A stretch of 38,348 bases of DNA, taken from Gemmatimonadota bacterium. Lineage in GTDB: Bacteria; 4572-55; J002. Positions 35,858 through 38,348 of the stretch are shown one piece after another (the stretch's first letter is position 1; the number at the start of each line of letters is the position of its first letter). The translations under genes and the position numbers were made by a program. Location of the stretch: the NCBI GenBank assembly GCA_003697105.1, contig RFFQ01000016.1, forward strand, positions 1 through 38,348, read 5' to 3'. The notes beneath the pieces are model-generated. The model did not search any database, was not told the DNA's origin, and was given only the letters and a program-made list of their open reading frames with translations.

Positions 35858-38200
35858 CTATTTCAACAGCGTTATTTGGTGCGACACTGATTGGCCGGCG
35901 GCGTTGTAGCGAACAAAGTACGTTCCACTCGGCACGGTGGTTCCATTTTCGGTTCGTCCATCCCACGGTACAGCATAAGCGCCGGGTTCCCGCGGGCCGG
36001 TTGCCAGTGTTTTTACCAACTGCCCGGTGGTATTGTACACTTTCACGGAAACCTCACTGGCGACGGGCACCACAAACCGGATGGTCGTTTTTGGATTAAA
36101 CGGGTTAGGGTAACTTTGCAAGTTGATTTCGGCTTTCGGGATGTTCACACCCAGCAATTCTAGCGGCACACTCACAACGCCATCGCGCACCCATGTACGC
36201 CCTCCATCCGTGGTACGCCAGATACCCATAAAACCGGTGCCATCGTCTCCCGGCGCTTCATGCCAACCGGTGACAATCCCGTTATTTTCATCCACAAAAT
36301 CCACATTAAAAAAGGTTGTATCGGGGAAGTCTGCTGGGACCTCGCAATGGGGGTCTTCGCAGAAATTTTCTTGACGATGCCAACTGGCGCCGCCATCGGT
36401 GGTATTCATGATGGTGGCATTCGTGCCGACAGCCCAACCGTGCGTGGCACTCACAAAATCAACGGCTCGAAACGCTTTAACAAAGCCCGGATAGCTCTGT
36501 TCTTCCCATGTTTCACCGCCATTTTCCGTATGCCAGATCACGCCATCCACGTAAGTGTAGGGAGAGGATTCTGCCCCACCAACCACCCAACCTTCATCCT
36601 CGGAGACAAAGGAGCAATCAAGCAGGTCGTTGTCGTCATCATAGAACATCGTTTCCCAGGTCCAATCGCCATCACCCCCGTTTGTGGTTTTCAGGATATA
36701 ACCGGATTTTTCCACATCTCCCACATAACCGGTACAGGCGTAACCCACTTCATCCGTTAAAAACGAGATACCGTAAAAGTCAGAGGTTTCCTGATTATCT
36801 TCATCTTCCCACGGGAAGGGCTTGATCCAGATGTGACGCCCGCTATTTTCCGTGACATGTACTTGACCGCCATCACCACAAATCCAACCATCATTATTAC
36901 CGGAAAAACCAATGCTGTGCAGATCTTCGCCGGTACGGACACTCAGCGGTTGCCAGCTTTCACCGCCATTGGTGGTTCGCAGATAGAGCCCCCCATCGCC
37001 GGCAAGCCAACCGCGATACGTACCCCTAAATTGAACTTCATTCAAATTCCGGTTGAAGCCGGTGCCGAAAAAGATCGGTAGCCAAAATTCACCCAGCCCC
37101 AAGGCTTCATTGTACAGATAGCCAACACCGTTATCCCCGCAAATCCAGCCGTTACCCCAACCAAAGTCATCGGTGTATTCAAACCAAAGGGTCGTAAAAT
37201 TTGCGCCACTCTGTATTGTTTGGGATGACCAGTTCTCACCGCCATCATCGGAATGGTATAGCATACCGTCACTTGTACAAAACCAAATATGCTGGTCTCC
37301 AACAAACACATCGTTCACATTCCCGGAGATGGAAAGCCCTGCCGGCGTGTTCCAAGTGATGCCATCATTGGAGATTAAGACGGTGCCATTTTCACCGGTA
37401 GCGCAAAATAGATCAAGGCTTGTGTTGCCAAACACCGCGTGCAACGTTTCCGAAGTGTTACTTGTACGAGGTGTCCACGTTGTACCATCTGTACTGTGTA
37501 CGATTTGTCCATTTTCCCCGACGGCAATGCCCATAACGCCACTCACATCCGTTACCCAGAGGTCTGTGAATCCATCATTACTACTAAATTGTTCGGTCCA
37601 GGACTCACCCCGATCATCGGTGTACAAAATCTGGCCGGCATCTGTCACCGTCCAAGCATTATTGGCTTCTAGGCTACGGATACTCTGAAATGACGCCTCG
37701 CTGTTCGTTTCCACCCCGTACCAGCCACTACCGCCGTTATCGCTCAGAGCATAGGCACCATCACCACCGCCCACATGAAACAGGTCGCCATTTTCATCAA
37801 CGGATAGACATGCCCACCACTTGGTTGCGCCTTGTTCCTGTAACACCCAATTAAGCCCACCATCATTGGTGTACAAGATTTCACCGACCTCGCCGACAAT
37901 CCACCCTTCCTGCGGATTGTTAAAAAAGACATCCCGAAAACTACGGTACGGCGCCGGAACAGTGCGCCGAGTCCAACTGAGACCGGCATCATCGGAAATA
38001 TTGATACCCCGGCAAAAATCAACTGCCGCCATATGATCGGCATCGATATAGTGTACCGCATCCAGACGGATCGGGCAATACGAAGCACAGATACTATCCG
38101 GCGGATCGGGGTTTGAACACTGAGCCATGACATCTTGAGCCAAAAACAACATGACGAACGCAAGCGCAACTACAAATAGATAACCGTTTTTCCACATCAT
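35858..38200 (-). CDS. Secreted YCF48-like/BNR Asp-box beta-propeller protein with T9SS-A/FlgD-Ig-type C-terminal domain
   Basis: Signal peptide; about 13 [ST]x[DN]GGx[ST]W Asp-boxes and GW.VG..G repeats; SYPNPFNPKTTIRF..WDGRT..SGTYF..LLK; AGGAGG RBS at 38210-38215. Confidence 0.88.
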   Translation of the reverse strand: MMWKNGYLFVVALAFVMLFLAQDVMAQCSNPDPPDSICASYCPIRLDAVHYIDADHMAAVDFCRGINISDDAGLSWTRRTVPAPYRSFRDVFFNNPQEGWIVGEVGEILYTNDGGLNWVLQEQGATKWWACLSVDENGDLFHVGGGDGAYALSDNGGSGWYGVETNSEASFQSIRSLEANNAWTVTDAGQILYTDDRGESWTEQFSSNDGFTDLWVTDVSGVMGIAVGENGQIVHSTDGTTWTPRTSNTSETLHAVFGNTSLDLFCATGENGTVLISNDGITWNTPAGLSISGNVNDVFVGDQHIWFCTSDGMLYHSDDGGENWSSQTIQSGANFTTLWFEYTDDFGWGNGWICGDNGVGYLYNEALGLGEFWLPIFFGTGFNRNLNEVQFRGTYRGWLAGDGGLYLRTTNGGESWQPLSVRTGEDLHSIGFSGNNDGWICGDGGQVHVTENSGRHIWIKPFPWEDEDNQETSDFYGISFLTDEVGYACTGYVGDVEKSGYILKTTNGGDGDWTWETMFYDDDNDLLDCSFVSEDEGWVVGGAESSPYTYVDGVIWHTENGGETWEEQSYPGFVKAFRAVDFVSATHGWAVGTNATIMNTTDGGASWHRQENFCEDPHCEVPADFPDTTFFNVDFVDENNGIVTGWHEAPGDDGTGFMGIWRTTDGGRTWVRDGVVSVPLELLGVNIPKAEINLQSYPNPFNPKTTIRFVVPVASEVSVKVYNTTGQLVKTLATGPREPGAYAVPWDGRTENGTTVPSGTYFVRYNAAGQSVSHQITLLK

Positions 38201-38293
38201 TTACGGAAACCTCCTATAAGGGGTAAAGGGTCGTTAATTCTGATAATATCAGGGAATTTAACGGGGATAAATGCAGTGGACGTGGGGTTTGCT

Positions 38294-38322
38294 AATATGG
38301 TGAAATTTAAGGAGTCTGTCAA
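38294..38322 (-). promoter_or_regulatory. Sigma70-type promoter of the Asp-box protein operon
   Basis: TTGACA-17 nt-CATATT. Confidence 0.55.
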
Positions 38323-38348
38323 CCCAAAGATGAAAAAAGCACCAAATG

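Noticed and set aside
1..38348. CRISPR arrays, tRNA/rRNA genes, IS elements, recoded stop codons
   Set aside because: I saw no regularly spaced repeats, cloverleafs, transposase motifs or in-frame-stop-interrupted genes; recognised genes appear full length in the standard code.

Overview
A gene-dense bacterial chromosomal segment, mostly on the minus strand. I found no rRNA, tRNA, CRISPR array or mobile element. Secreted proteins ending in PNPFNP..TTIR[YF] / FlgD-Ig-type C-terminal domains suggest an FCB-superphylum-related lineage (inference). Left to right: a secreted lysyl-endopeptidase-like protease that runs off the left edge, is missing from the ORF track, and has a canonical sigma54 promoter; an operon of NHL protein, Wzc, LPG-synthase-like membrane protein and queG; two tandem REC-GGDEF-REC diguanylate cyclases; an operon of acidic disordered protein, predicted outer-membrane barrel, STAS-MlaE and MlaF with no MlaD; an operon of HD protein, USP/PTS-IIA, orphan methyltransferase, DUF309/TroA fusion and pyk behind a promoter-leader-terminator element; an NAD-dependent epimerase; ftsY and PBP1A; a radical SAM/SPASM protein; a SirB1-like protein, cyclophilin, LOG protein and M42 peptidase; a guaB-like gene with the features of a CBS-containing GMP reductase; a soluble REC-kinase/REC pair; and secreted M14 carboxypeptidase and Asp-box propeller proteins. 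The best leads are the probable GMP reductase, the MlaD-less MlaEF/barrel/IDP operon, and the terminator-containing leader with its operon of unusual fusions. All family calls come from motifs read by eye; no searches were run.
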